This document shows positions 25,429 through 38,760 of a DNA stretch of 64,000 nt, piece after piece. Position numbers and translations under genes: made by a program. Numbering within the stretch: position 1 is the first letter of the stretch; each line of letters begins with the position of its first letter. Origin of the DNA: Botryllus schlosseri (lineage: Eukaryota); the NCBI GenBank assembly GCA_051294905.1, contig CM119373.1, positions 7,316,001 through 7,380,000 of the forward strand, given 5' to 3'. The notes beneath the pieces are model-generated. The model made no database searches, had not been told where the DNA came from, and was given only the letters and a program-made list of their open reading frames with translations.

Positions 25429-26689
25429 GCTAATAGGCTCAGTATGTTGATATGTTCTGTTTTGTGCTACTTTTTGTTTTCTTCTGTTACGTCTGACTAA
25501 CTTAGTCGTTAGTTTTGACCAAAACATGTCATTTTTGCAATATACGAATCTTCCATTGAACTGAGTACCTGTTGTTATTGAAGTCGAGTGAGAAACGAGG
25601 AGCAATATCAGAAGTGTTCGATTGAAGAATGTTGCTATTGAAAGGCGTTTCCTGGTATGATATTGATAGGCGGGGGTATAAATATAACTGCGTAGGAGTC
25701 ATAGGCTAGGAAAAGTTTTAGCGATACGAAAACAGTTGCGATGCGGAAACAGCGATGCGAAAACGGGCAGTGGCCTGTCGCTAGTCGTAGCTTCAAGATC
25801 AGCCCACCTTAGCCTAGGCGAAGTAAAGAAGAGACATGCACACAGAATGAAAAGTAATGCAGACAAAATGAGGTGGCATGTGTCGGAGGTTGAGGTCGAT
25901 GTTAGGTCGTGGTCCGGTAATCCTGAAGGCCGGCAAGTATCCATTTAGAAGAAATTGCTTGTATTTCGACTTGACACTGGACGTGGACATGCTCGACGAC
26001 TGTGGGATTGCCGGCGAAATACTGATCCACTGTTCTACTCCGTCCGTAGATGAATGCACTGTAAAGAAAACCCGTAAATTTAAATGCCGACGCGATCAAC
26101 AGCATGCGTAGCGGTGTGGATTAAGCCAAGTATCACTGGGAACACTTCGTAAGTCCGAGTGGACTATTTGTGGCGACACAATGGGCTGGCGGAGTCAATC
26201 GCGCATTGTTTAGGCGATTTGCGATTGTCCAAAACAATTGGAATCTTTGAGGTCGGTTATATTGAATTTTGAGGTGTGGCCGCGAATGCTAAGATTACCA
26301 AAATGTTTGGTGTGAGGCCGTGTTTTAGTAGGCCATGGTTGACCTTATGTGCGATATCGTACATTGTTCATATCAACAGTATACGACCGGCAAGGTGGGA
26401 AGCCATTGATACATGACGCACTTGGATACTGAGGAAACGGCTTGCCTAGTAACCAATGTTAACAACGTTTTTCTACGGTACTTGTTAGCCAAACCTGCTT
26501 CAACTACCTGGTCGAACATCAAGTATGCTAGCGCATTTTCTATTTTCGATAAATTCTATCATATGCGTCTTGCCTTATTCTTTCATTCTAAATATTCAGG
26601 GATAAATACCGGTCTGATTTATAAATAGCCTACTTGTGTCGTACTGTTGACAGTTGGCCGCTGGAAATGTCAATGAAGTGGTGTTTATT

Positions 26690-29100
26690 TCTGGCATGAT
26701 GAAGCATTTCAATGCTGGCAAAAATGCTTTCTGTAAAGGGAATTGAAGTATAAATCAGGATCAAGTGACAATGCGTGAACAGTGAACAGACACACACCGC
26801 GGAATTGTTCGAGCATCGATGAAAGGCCGAAGTTATAATGTTGAGATTTGTGTTGACGGCTCAAAACGTTCCTGCCTCAATTGGAATAAATTCTGAAGTC
26901 ATATGGTTGCAACGACCATACACGCTAATCGTTACGAAGTATCGAAAACTAATCTACCGGATTCATGGCTGTCAAAGCCGAAATCATCCTTTGGGGGTTC
27001 CATGTCCCAGACTCCAAACCATTCCAAGCAATTTCACGCCCAGTTAACTCCAGCGATAAAAATATATATTTGAACTTCTGAAAGCCGCATCTAGTAATTG
27101 CCAAATGTTATGGATTATTGGACCAGAACCGGATACATCTCTTGAAACACCGTGGTGGAAGAATTGATTCCTGAAACACCGTGGTGGAGGAACTGATTCC
27201 TATATATCTCAACGACATCAATGAGTTTTTGGAGAAGTGCAAAGTTGATTATAGTCAGGTAGAATGGTTGGCAGATGTGACTGCAGCACATCGAGAGTGT
27301 CTAGTCCAGTGGTTCCCAACGTGGGCGATATCGCCCCCAGGGGCGATTTGTCGGTCCAGGGGGGCGAAAATAGCCAAGGGGGGCGAAAACGGACGAAGGG
27401 GGCGATGACGCGTTGAAATGGCGTCCATGACCGTAACTGCCACACCCAAACCCCCAATTGGGATGGGGGGCTCCAGCTCGAAGGGGGCACACAACTTTTT
27501 CGAAAAAATTTCGCGCTGCGCGTCATTTCGTGCTTATATTTCACATATTTCTTGCTTATTGAATACCCTTCCTCCAAGAAATAATACGCACGAGTTATAG
27601 AAATGGGCATCTCGGCGTCAGCCATTATCACACCATGACGCACCAAGGCATATGAATTTTCAGGCCATTTAACATGCGACTCCGAGAAGTGTGCCAGAAC
27701 GAGAAAACCTTGGCGGAAAAGGACTGCCTTTCTGCTGACCGACTTCGATATATACACGATAATACATACATATTTAATTGTCCATAGGCGCCTAAATGGC
27801 TGGCGCCAAATGTTCCTGTCCTGGCAATCAGAACCCCACAAAAAATGCCATATCGCAGAGAAAAATTAATTGTCAGTGCAGAAATGCCAATTTGAAATCG
27901 TGTGCGTCTTTTAGTTTAGTACGTATGGGCGATTCGAATATCTTTTGACATAACAGACAGGCCACGAAATGTCATTACGTAACGAAGTCATTACATTACA
28001 CCCACGGGTCCGCCCGAATATGTTCAATTATTATTTACGGGCCCTACATTTTCCAAGACACCTCACTCAGCTTTACCGGTAAATCTGTATACATGAGCAG
28101 AGAGAGGGTAAAAATTGACAGCAATATATATGCAATTCCCGATCATATAGACCGATTCAATCATGAATGATAGAAATTTTTCGCGCTTAGCGCGAATTAT
28201 GCCAACTAACTAAAGAGTCCAACAATTTGTGCTAAGAAGTAGCGGTAAAGAGGTATCGGGGGAGTTGGGTCTGAGGGGTGCATAAGTTTGCTTTATCGCC
28301 CTATGGAGGGGGGTCAAGACCAACGTATGGGGGGGGGGCTGACGAAGTGCTGTTACGGTCCTTTGGGAATCAAGTCGGAGAAATCACCTTTTCTGTTAGT
28401 TAACTTACCAAAATCTAGCTGGAAAATTGTAATTTCGAGGTCGAGCCGAAAAGTTGACCTTTTTTCTTGGTCAACTCGCCGGTGATTTCAGTCTGTATGC
28501 CCATTTTTCGGTTCCCAATATTTGGGAGGCGATGAGTCGAAAAAGGTTGGGAACCACTGGTCTAGTCCAATGTGGGGATGTATCAATTTTGGAAAAGTGA
28601 TAGACAGCTATGACCGAAATCATTTATAGATAAATTCATATCCACGTCTCTTTTCAAGACACTTACTAAAGATGCCATACAGCGGGGACAGGGACAGGTG
28701 CATGAGAATATTACAATAAATAAATATTCTGAGGTTACAGGAAGAGGTCAAAAGTTGGTTTAGTATCATTTCCTAGCGGTTTTTTGAGCAGCAATCCCGA
28801 TGGAGTAATTATCGCAGAAAATGGGCGTGTTGAGGTTGTAGTGGAAGCAAAGTGCCCACAATTGAGAAAGTGCTCAAGTAGGAACTCGCAGGAAAACAAA
28901 GCAACAAAAGGGATTTTATTTGACCTCAGACTTGCAGGTAAATGGATCGCACCAGTAGTCCGGTACTGGCACCAGCTACAGGCCCAAATATTTGTAACTT
29001 ATGCACATGTTTCAAAGATTTTCAAATCATCGAGGTGGAAAAGGACATCAGCTGGACGAGATTGAACATTCACAAGTTGACGGATTTTACTTCAATGTCC
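26690..29100 (+). pseudogene. SWIM-region plus YqaJ nuclease relic, copy 2, split by element C
   Basis: KHFNAGKNAF...RGIVRASMKGRSYNVEI (pre-SWIM pattern) upstream; SSNPDG...VVEAKCP...YWHQLQAQIFVT downstream. Confidence 0.7.
27307..28559. mobile_element. Non-autonomous hAT element C containing a B copy (about 27426-28363)
   Basis: TIR cagtggttcccaac / gttgggaaccactg; exact TSD gtctagtc. Confidence 0.92.
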
Positions 29101-29162
29101 TACTCAAACGATTGTCGGTGGATGACACGGCAGATCGACATAACAGGCATATTACTGTTATT

Positions 29163-29631
29163 TAGGCTTACCATATTTTGAAAATGTAAAAAGAGGACAC
29201 TTTTTCAGAAATTTGCAAGATGCAAAACCGGAGTAGAATTCTCAAAACCGGTGAATTTTTCCCACTTTGTGATCGGTTGACTAAAAAAAAAAAAAAAAAA
29301 GGTCATCACTTCCGCTCAGAGCTCATAATACCGTTTTTATCTCCACATTGCCAGGTGAATGACTAAAAAAAAACAGGTGGATGACTAAAAAAAAGTCATC
29401 TTTTCGCTCAGAGCTAAATTCACCGTTTTTCACTCCGAAATATCCGCCGCAGCGTCACTTTTGTGCTAATTTGCGGCATATCACTCGCAATTTGCTCTAA
29501 ATCTGACCTAAATTTTCAAAAAAGAGGACAAAATCTCAAAAAAGAGGACAAAAGGGCGTCCTCTGAGGACACTTTCAAAAACGTCAAAAAAGAGGACAAA
29601 ACCTCTTAAAAGAGGACGTATGGTAAGCCCA
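29163..29631. mobile_element. hAT-type MITE J, copy 1
   Basis: TIR t(a/g)ggcttaccata; exact TSD ctgttatt; repeated aaaagaggac motifs. Confidence 0.9.
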
Positions 29632-29980
29632 CTGTTATTGCAACCTGATTTCCGAGCTACCATCTGTCTTTTGAGGTTTCTCATTGTCTCAAGAGAAATT
29701 TCGAAAAAATACTTTTGTCGAAAAGATCGTTCGTTTGGAAGTTGTTAAACTTTTTTCAAGCATTTTGGCAATAATAAGATTTCAAACAAGGTGGGAATAT
29801 TTAAACATGGTGTTCATTTATTGTTGCATCAAATTGAAACCAGCAGCGATAGAACTAAATGAGACTTGAATCAACGACAAGAACTTGAAATACAGACCCA
29901 TCAAAGTCCACAGTACCAGTCAAAGGCAACAGCAAAAGTCGGGGATTGAAAATTAACTAATACTTGTGTTGCCGATATAA

Positions 29981-31430
29981 TGCCTTGTTTTCACGGGGAG
30001 CGTGCATTCTCACGGTGAGCGAATGTCGTTGTTTATTTCTTTGCTTCACGCCTCCCTGGAGATTTCTGTTGACTCGCTCGTTCTCGCTCAATTTTTCACG
30101 TTCCCGCACGGTCGTGGCGCGTTTGGAGAACATATCCCAACGAGAAATTTGCGAGCGTAGCTAGACAAGTAGACCTCTAGACCGCTACGGAAGTGGAATG
30201 TAGTTGCGAAAATTGCTGGAATGAATACCAGGAGAACGTATTGGTGTTAGTAGCTGCGTATGTTTATTGTAAACATACAAATGACAGAAGAGGACATTCT
30301 GGGTTGCCCACAACCTATAAATGTGCATTAATTTGTATAATATGAAAATATACCGGAAATATATAAATTTGCGTTGGTGGTAAATTTCCAGTAAAATCTT
30401 ACACAAAAAACGTGTTGATCAGTGTATCTTTCTGTTGCGTAGTAACAACATATTGTGAATTAATACCTTGATATACAGTATATTTTCTTTTTGATTTACA
30501 GGTGAATATCATATATCAGTGCCGAACTTGAGATTACACCGACCGGAAAAGTACCGGACATATTTTAGAATGCCAGCTGAAACATTCTATAAACTCCTTG
30601 ATCATGTCAAAGAATCTATACCAATATTACAACAAACATGAGGAAGCCTATCAGTGCCGAAGAGCGCCTGGGAGTAACCCTGCAGTACGTATATTGATTA
30701 TTGATGTGATCATTGAAATTATATTTTGGGAATGGACGGAAGATGCTCTTTAAATTGTCGTTGGGGTGGGTAAAACGAAGCACTAATTTTGAACCAGTAA
30801 CTTGACAAGAGGCAAAGATTTTTGTAATTATGACTGATTGGAAATTTGGAAATGATATCGATGGATATTTATGACATTGTTGCAAAGTCACTTTCTACTC
30901 GTCGTATGCGGACGCAGGAACTCGAACCGCGCCATCATCTCCCACTCAGCGCAACAGTTTCTTCCCGATCCTGTTGTTCTTCTTTTCTTTGTTCAACTCT
31001 CTTCGATATTTATCCCGTACTGCCCGCCATCTTTTGCAATCTTCCACTGAAAGAAGCACAACTTTGTATGCATACGGCGGTACCGTAGTGCGATAAAAGA
31101 AGCACTCACCAGTAGTTTTTAATGAATCGGCTATGTTTCTCCATGCATTATCCTTTCGAACTGTGTCCCTATACGCACTGATGCCCATGTTGTACAGACA
31201 CTCATACTCCCTAATTTCCACAATTAATTGCTCTTCCTCCATCTTCCTTCAGGTCGTAGCTTCGTAGCAATACAACTTTCTCGCGCGCTTTTCTCGACTA
31301 TTCCGCACCATTGTCTCGAACCGCGTGGTGGCGCCAGTGCTAGCGATCACTCTCACGGCATTAGTGAAAACGCAAGGCTCGTTCTCGCTACGGCTCGGTC
31401 GACTCACTCGCTCCCCGTGAAAACAAGGCT
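29981..31430 (-). mobile_element. Non-autonomous PIF/Harbinger element carrying a MADF (Myb/SANT-like) gene relic
   Basis: TIR gccttgttttcacggggagcg at both ends and TAA on both flanks. MADF MEEEQLIVEIREYECLY...AWRNIA...[short intron]...CKRWRAVRDKYRRE lies at about 30900-31242. Confidence 0.88.
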
Positions 31431-31449
31431 TAAGGCCTCATCGGTGCGC

Positions 31450-31700
31450 TAATGCAGTGCAGTATCCTATAATTTCGCATCCTTTCGATTCCACGGGGAT
31501 CCTACTTCTAGCAATTCGCCTCGTGAATGCTGCTTCTTCTTTGGTGAACTGCTTCTAGCACTTAAAATGGAAGGCACGTTCAAGTACACGCCACGAGACA
31601 AAAGATCATAGATAAGAAAAGCCTTTGTCAGCTAGTATAAGGTCACCAGCCTGTAATGAAATGGGAAGAGTTGATATAAAAAGACTGCACATAATGCCGA
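31450..31700 (-). pseudogene. ISL2EU/Harbinger-group DDE transposase C-terminal relic
   Basis: GDLILADKGF...GVYLNVP...QFTKEEAAFTRRIARSRIPVE motif. Confidence 0.75.
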
Positions 31701-32479
31701 CCCCAGCATAAGATTGATTATAATTATCTTACTTACAAATGAGAAATAATTGCAGATTAGATGTTATTTCCTTTTCCGATGTCTGTATTTGCAGATTCCA
31801 TTTTCTAGCAAAATGTCGCCCGCATATCCATGGTTTTTGATATCGGCATGCACTCGCAGGTGTACATTGAGATTGCATTTCTTTTTGAACCCCGCTCGCT
31901 TCGTCGTAGACTGTCGCGTGCAAATATAACATTGGTAGGATTCCATGATCAACTCGTGCAGTAAATATTTCTGAAATAATAACAGCGTAAGTAACAAATA
32001 CATTCAAAGCTTCCTGGACGAGTGAGTATAAAAGTGGGTCTGGGAAAACGAGAGTGGAATTAAGAGCCAGACAACACTGTTGCGTCACAATGCCAAACTC
32101 GATCTCAATGCAAATTTCGAGGATGATTTTGGGGGTTTCCAGGACCATGACCAGAATAAACTTTGTATTTTCGTAATCAGTACAGCAGCAGCTTTCCATT
32201 AATACCCTGTTTATCGAAATTAGCGCTCGACAAGCCGGTCAAAAATGGCCGTGAAGTTGCATTTTATCAAATGGAAGAAAGTATGAGGTAAACTTAGATG
32301 CAGTAAGCCGAGTCTCGCTGTGTCCACACCATATAGGACACTATATTCCGAGTAAGCAATTAGGAAAATAATATATCATGTAGAATTAATCAGCTATCTT
32401 TTGGCATACACTTTATTATAGAAATAATTCGTGAAACAGCAGATTTCCTGATTCAATACAAACATAATATGTTTATTAT

Positions 32480-32670
32480 AGTTGGAACTATCGCTTTGAC
32501 CACCAATTACGCTAATGACAAAAGCTCTGAACTTGTAGGAAGCATCACATCCTCCAGCACAATATCAATATGCTCTTTATAATTCCAGAATATTGGGCCA
32601 GATATGGATGGCCTGGAGGATGCTTGCAAGTTTTACCATCAAGTGATTTCCATCCATAGATCCAAGCCAA
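32480..32670 (-). pseudogene. Harbinger DDE_Tnp_4 transposase relic
   Basis: GSMDGNHLMVK...SGPIFWNYKEHIDIVL...DASYKF...GGQSDS, matching the GAxDGKH...SGS.F.NYK..SIVL...DA.YKF...G..SD motif. Confidence 0.7.
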
Positions 32671-33499
32671 TACGTAAAATGCTATATCCTGGTGAATTCA
32701 TCAGTGATCTTTTATCTATTTTGTGATGAATAAAGGTTGGAGTACATCCAACATTAAATTATTTTTTGCAACAGCGGATATTTTGATTCAATACGAAAAA
32801 ACAATTATTCCATAGAAGTCACCAGTCACTCAATTTCTGTAAAGAAAAAAGGATAGTAGGCTATTTCAGACAATTTTATATCATTCAAGTAACGCAAGCT
32901 TATCCAAAACTGAACTCCCCATTTTATAGGGTTAAAACACTAGAAAGTAAGTGATTTTGTATAGTGACATAGTCATTATGTTTTGTGATACGAAAATATG
33001 CATCTTTTAGGCAACAGAAATGGTATGAAGTACATGCCATTCAAATTGATAAGTATTTTTGGACAAAAACTATTTCGTAGTGCTTAAAAATACAATATGA
33101 CTCCCAGTCTCTGGTGCATCGGCAGCTTATCACTGTAAATGAACTCAGATCACGCTTCTGGATCTGATCTTTGTCTGAATAATTCTTAACTTGATGAACC
33201 AACACGGCTAACTGATACCATATAACATCCAATCTGATAACACAACTCTTCTATACTCTTTTCACTCCACAACCTTAACTATGTTATTTTCAGTTGATTC
33301 TTTAGTTTGTTTCATTTCTGAATACCACCCCAAGTTACATAATTGTACCACCAGTTTTTCAACCTTTACAACAAGCACAACCCTGAATTCTTATATGCAA
33401 TCTGACACAACGTACCACCACCCAAGTCTTCTCATACTAGAGATGATCCACAGCAACGATAAACAACTCTTTTTGGATCAAGACACCTTCACAACTCGT

Positions 33500-34450
33500 T
33501 TCGAACCTAGAGACGGCGATTGTTTTTCCACGCCATAATTGACCAACTACAATTCAGACAAATTGTCAATCTTTACAATTCGAAATCAAGTAGAAACCAC
33601 GCTTGCAACGAACTTATCAGCAATTGGAACAACATTAAAGAATTCATCGAAAAAAAACGATAGAGAAGAATACTTGAAGAAGACTTCTACGCCGACCACT
33701 TCTTGATTCAGGCAACTTTCGATACGCTGAAAAACTTAACATAAAAATTCATCAAATTACAGACTCACACTATAGAATGTAAACGTGGGATGGCAACGAC
33801 CGATTTTGCAGCTTCGTTCCGCTTCGCTGAAGCTTTTTACTCAGACTTAGACTTATTTTAACGGCAGCTACTGTAGGATTCCAGCCAAAAGTTGTCTTCC
33901 AAAGCTCAGAATTTACTGAATGTGGTCTTCTTGATCGAAAGCTACTACCGCACTGATTCCGAAAATATGAATCAAAATATGGTCAGGACCCGTACTTGGA
34001 TGAAAAATCACCCTCAACATCTAAAATCTGCATTGTTCAGAACAATCGCATGACAGCAAAACGATGACCATAACAATGAACCATTGCGGCTATTCGATTG
34101 TTCGGACAATGCCGATAATTCTGACTTGGAGGGCGAATTCTTAGTGGTTCAGTGCCTGATCATATTTTCTTTTGCATTTTTGGTGTCAGTGTGACAGTAG
34201 CTTTCGAACAAGACCAGATTCAGTTAATTCTGCGCTCTGGAAAGACGACTTTTGGATTGCCAGAAAACCTACAGGAGCTGCCGTAAAATAGGTCTGAGTA
34301 AAGCTTCAGCGAAGCAGCAAAATCGGTCGTTGCCATTCCACGTTTACATTCTATACTCACACATTCAGAATTATACATTTGGCAATTACAACGATGCACC
34401 ACCAACCCTTACCCTAGCCCTCTAAAATCTTCACTTCGCATTGAGCTTAC
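33500..34450 (+). pseudogene. OTU cysteine-protease domain relic (split by the MITE at 33771-34355)
   Basis: PRDGDCF(F)HAIIDQL catalytic-Cys motif; YADHFLIQAT...KLNIKIHQI; LTLAL*NLHF His motif after removing the MITE. Confidence 0.6.
33771..34355. mobile_element. MITE with TATAG termini and 7-bp TSD (P-like)
   Basis: About 150-bp inverted arms starting tatagaatgtaaacg; ctcacac directly repeated on both flanks. Confidence 0.85.
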
Positions 34451-35334
34451 ACCCATCCAAAACCCTGCGCCATAGCACCACCAACACCCTTACCCGCATT
34501 TGCAATACCAAAACTACCCCCTTCTCACTGGTCAACCATACCGATCAATCCCAGACTCTCCCGAATCTACACTTCCTAACTACTGGAGTAATGACAACCC
34601 CAACTTTACCATCTTCCTCCTTCCGATTCCACGAATTTAGCAAAGAAAACCTTCAGAAAACTATACTCCACTCTATACATACCGACCTACTTCAATTCCT
34701 CTTACTACTTTCTGGCCTCGTTGGTCACCCACCAACATAATTTCTTCGAAACCATCGAGCCCTCGCATTTTCATTCCATTACAACCCTTATTAATAATCT
34801 GAATTCGGCTCGTGTAAAACTTGATACCATAAAAAAAATAAAAAATATAAGAATCCCGAACTAACCAGCACCATTACTAAAATTATCAACCTATATTATC
34901 TAGACATACATGACCTCCCCATCACCACACGACATAATTTGATTAATAAAAATTCTAAATTCTGCAGACGAATTTATTAAGCCTAAAACCGCATTTCACA
35001 ACACATACAGTGAATTCCACTATGTCAGATATTTCAGGTTTAGGCCCATCCTTTATACCCACCCAACAATTTCGATCCCCCAGTAAATTCAAAAACGAAG
35101 TCCACCTAGCTTACTTTTAAAAACTAACCCCCATAGAGAACAGATTAGAAAACCCAAACCCATTCCTGAAATCCACTCCGCTTCCACTTGAAAAAAATCA
35201 ATTCGGTCATATCAAAAGCACATTCGCTGTATACTACAAGTCATATTAGGGATGTCATACTGAATACCTTTGATAACTTAAAAAAATTGAGGGAATATAA
35301 AATTAAACCCACATTTTCCAAATATCAACGAAAC

Positions 35335-36558
35335 CAGAGGTCTCAAACTCAAATATGCTCATAGGCTCATTTCCTACTTTTGATGACGCCGCGGGCCGCA
35401 GCATCAATAATACGGCTATTCAATGTATGATTTCCAAGTATAGGCCTTATTTAACGGGATCTTGCAGACAGGCATTCCACAAACACCGTGTAAATGTAAT
35501 TCACTATTGTACTATTCACGCTTGATACGGAAAAAGGTAGATCAACATTTTCAAATATTTGAAATTTTTTTTTTTTGCCGGCATAATTTGTTAAAATAAT
35601 GAGTTACAGACATCATAAAACTGTCGGGTTATAATATTGCAGCTATTGGACCTTTGACGCGCCACGATTTTATGTCGAATATTTTTAAACCCTACTGAAG
35701 ATTGATCTGATATCAGAATAAATTGGCCAAGATAACATTCCACAGCATATAGGCCTAATTCCACAATGCATCTCGTACCGCCTGGTGTGGTTCTTCGTAC
35801 TCTGATGGAGTCTACGGACCCTGGTTAAGAACCCCTGGAACAGAAATGTCCAATCGCCAAAGAATGCATTGGTGTTACAACTGTGGAGCGTACTATTACC
35901 TTACTCGCCACAGATAATAACATAGATAAAGAGAACAAAAACACCCAGCATGTAACCAACTATGCGTCACGGGGGGTCACAGAATGCCAATGGTTGCCAG
36001 ACTGGCTGTATCAGATTAGATGGCTATCTATACCCTACGCAACGCAAGCTACGACCTTTTGATGTACCGTATTACTACTATTCCCCACGACAGTTTCATA
36101 GATTGTTGTGTCCATAGGATTACCAAGTCCCCGTTAAGAGTCGCAAGCCTTTCTCTGGTTTTAATGCTTGACCCAACCCGACTCAACTCGAGTCGTTTTT
36201 ATTTATTCACCCAGGCAATCCAAAATAGAGAATAACTTGACGAAAGGTCGCACCAAACTAAATCACAATTTTCAGTCAGGAATCATCAACGGGTAATGTT
36301 TTATCATCATGAACTAGAAATGTGACGTAATAGCTGATCTTCTACCGCATGGTAGCTTTTAAAAGTAATGTGATAGTGAAGTTTGTTGAGATTTCAGTGA
36401 TTTTTATAGTAGTTTCAGGGTGAACTTCAGGTTCTTGTATCTAAAAAAGATATATAGTACTTGAATATTTTGATGAATACTTGAAATTTCAAAATGCCGT
36501 CGCGGGCTGAACAAAATGATCTCGCGGGCCACATGCGGCCCGCGTGTTTGAGACCTCG
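35335..36558. mobile_element. Non-autonomous hAT-type element
   Basis: cagaggtctcaaac / gtttgagacctcg ends; no clear TSD. The left end is also present inverted at about 4870-4999. Confidence 0.65.
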
Positions 36559-36584
36559 GAACTGAACCATATTAGAGAGATAAC

Positions 36585-37678
36585 CAAGCCGTGTTATTTT
36601 GGCATTTCAGGAGCCAGATGCCAAAAATAAAAATTTGAAAATGCCAAAAATAAGCAATTTTGGCATATGCCAAAAATAACACGGCCTGCCATAGTTTATA
36701 GTGTTATGTAAACGGGACCGCGATACAAGCGAGAAGAGCGTGTCTGAAGGACAGGTTTCTTAATCTGGGTCCAGCCCACTCATTAGTGGTGAAAGCATGG
36801 TGTCCTAAATGATGTGGGCACAGCGAGATTGAACGGCTGACTGCATTTGGTTTACGTCATATTTTCCATTTGTCCAAAGGTAATTTTACGACCATTTTTG
36901 AGCCGCTAGTGTCTTGTTGCATGATTGCGTCAATGTTCCTAAACAAGCTAACCTTCCCAGGACTCTTCCATGTGAGTTGGTAATATTAATGCCACCGAAA
37001 GTGACAAAAGTCCTCCAAAAATATCTCGATAGACTGAAGGAGATGGGATGGTCGGGCTACAGAATAGAATGTGTTGAGAGACAACAGAGGAAACTCCTGG
37101 AAAAGTATTGGGAAGAAAATTCTTTCCGCGATGAGATCGATGGCACCAGCGAAGTGATTTCTTTTCATGATGCTTGGAAGCCGGTTAAGCTCTCCGAAAT
37201 TTTTGAAGCTCTGAAAACCTTTTTGGAGGACTGGCTGTATTCTTTCCCTGAACGGCTACTGTTGAAGCCGATATTTCCCAGATTCGACCTGAGTTTGGAA
37301 GCACTGATACAGTACAAAAAATATAAGTCTATTCAAGAGCTATAGCAATCAGGTGTTGAGCGTGTTTGTTACGCTTCTCTTTCTTTTTGCCTATTGGCAC
37401 CGATTCCGAGATGATACTGCAAATTTTGTGGTTTCGTTTGATATTGATAACCTATGAGATCGCTAGATTTTTTTCTTCTATTGTTTGTTGACACTGATTA
37501 TAAGTGGATGCTGCACATTTTGTGGTTTCTTTTGATAAACTGACCCGAATAAAGCGTTTCTATGACTAATTCGTGTCTGAAACTATCTTTTAAGGGGACG
37601 ATGCCAAAATTGCCAAAAATAAAAATTGAAAAATGCCAAAAATAAGCCATTTTGGCATGCCAAAAATAACACGGCCTG
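36585..37678. mobile_element. hAT-type element L with an internal duplicate right end and a transposase-like fragment
   Basis: TIR ca(a/g)gccgtgttatttt; exact TSD gagataac; extra right end near 36687. ORF 36914-37345 (SFHDAW...FEALKTF...FP...LSLEAL) resembles hAT-like transposase C-termini. Confidence 0.8.
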
Positions 37679-37849
37679 GAGATAACTAATAGTAAAGACT
37701 CAATTATTAACATTTCAGATAAAAAATTAGGTTTCTGCATGAATTCGACTTTTACTCACCCATTAACCTTAATTTGGAAACTATATTGGATAGGGCCCTC
37801 TGTGAAAGATATACTATCACTTAAAAACATGGCGAAGCCCTAGAACCGA

Positions 37850-38760
37850 TAAACATCGCTTCATTAGAACTTGGGACTAAAGAAAACTGCCACATCCCTT
37901 TATTCAACTTGCTTCCAAAACCTCCCAGATTAGGACCTTTCAACGCTAACCATGAACCAAAACTTGAAGGCAGATATCATTTCGGCTCATTCTTGGATCA
38001 CAGTAGAAACCCGGTAAACTTTTAGGCCACCGCTCTCGGCAATACTATTTTCACCAGTGCACCTTTCAACATCCAAATTATTACCTTTGATTTTGAATGT
38101 TTATATCCCAACATAAGAAATGAGGACGTCGTGTATGACTTCAACCAACTAAAACACCCTCACCATCTCGGAACCAATCTTTAACCTTGCTGTCGATGTC
38201 TTTGTCTTCTGTCAAAAACACTTCTATTTCTCCCCTGCTGATAATCTGTTTATTCAAAAATATGGATTAGCTATGGGTAGTTACAACTCCGCCCAATCTG
38301 CAGACCTTACCCTCGCCATATTTGAAGAAGATATGATATCCCAAATCTCCACGACCTGTTCCATCCAATTTTCCGTATGTACCTAGACGACGGACTCATT
38401 ATTTCCAAACTCCATCTATCACACCTCCCCTACTTCATCCATTATATATCCCAAATTTACCCCAGTCATTTTAAGATCCCCTTCAATTGCAACCACATCC
38501 ACAAACCTTTCCTTGAACTCGCCCTTCGTTTCGACCATAGGACCCTCACCAAGGGATTGATCGGTTACAATACCTTCTTCGAACATCCCCTTTGATTCCA
38601 ATCATCCCTCCCACACCTAAACCAGAATTATAGCCACTGAACTCACCCGTTACCACAGAACCAATGCGACCCTCACCCCCCACAGAACCAATGCGACCCT
38701 CACCCCCCCCCCTATCTCCAAAACACATTCACCGATTCAAAAAAAGACTTACTAGATTAG
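37850..38760 (+). pseudogene. Penelope-like retroelement reverse transcriptase relic
   Basis: LFNLLPK; DFECLYPNI; FIQKYGLAMGS; FRMYLDDGLII; FLELAL; RIIATELTRYHRTN. The upstream LGPSFIPT at about 35040 and the C/A-rich strand bias from about 33240 suggest one interrupted element. Confidence 0.8.

Noticed and set aside
26100-26210. tRNA-like sequence
   Set aside because: No convincing cloverleaf or B box.
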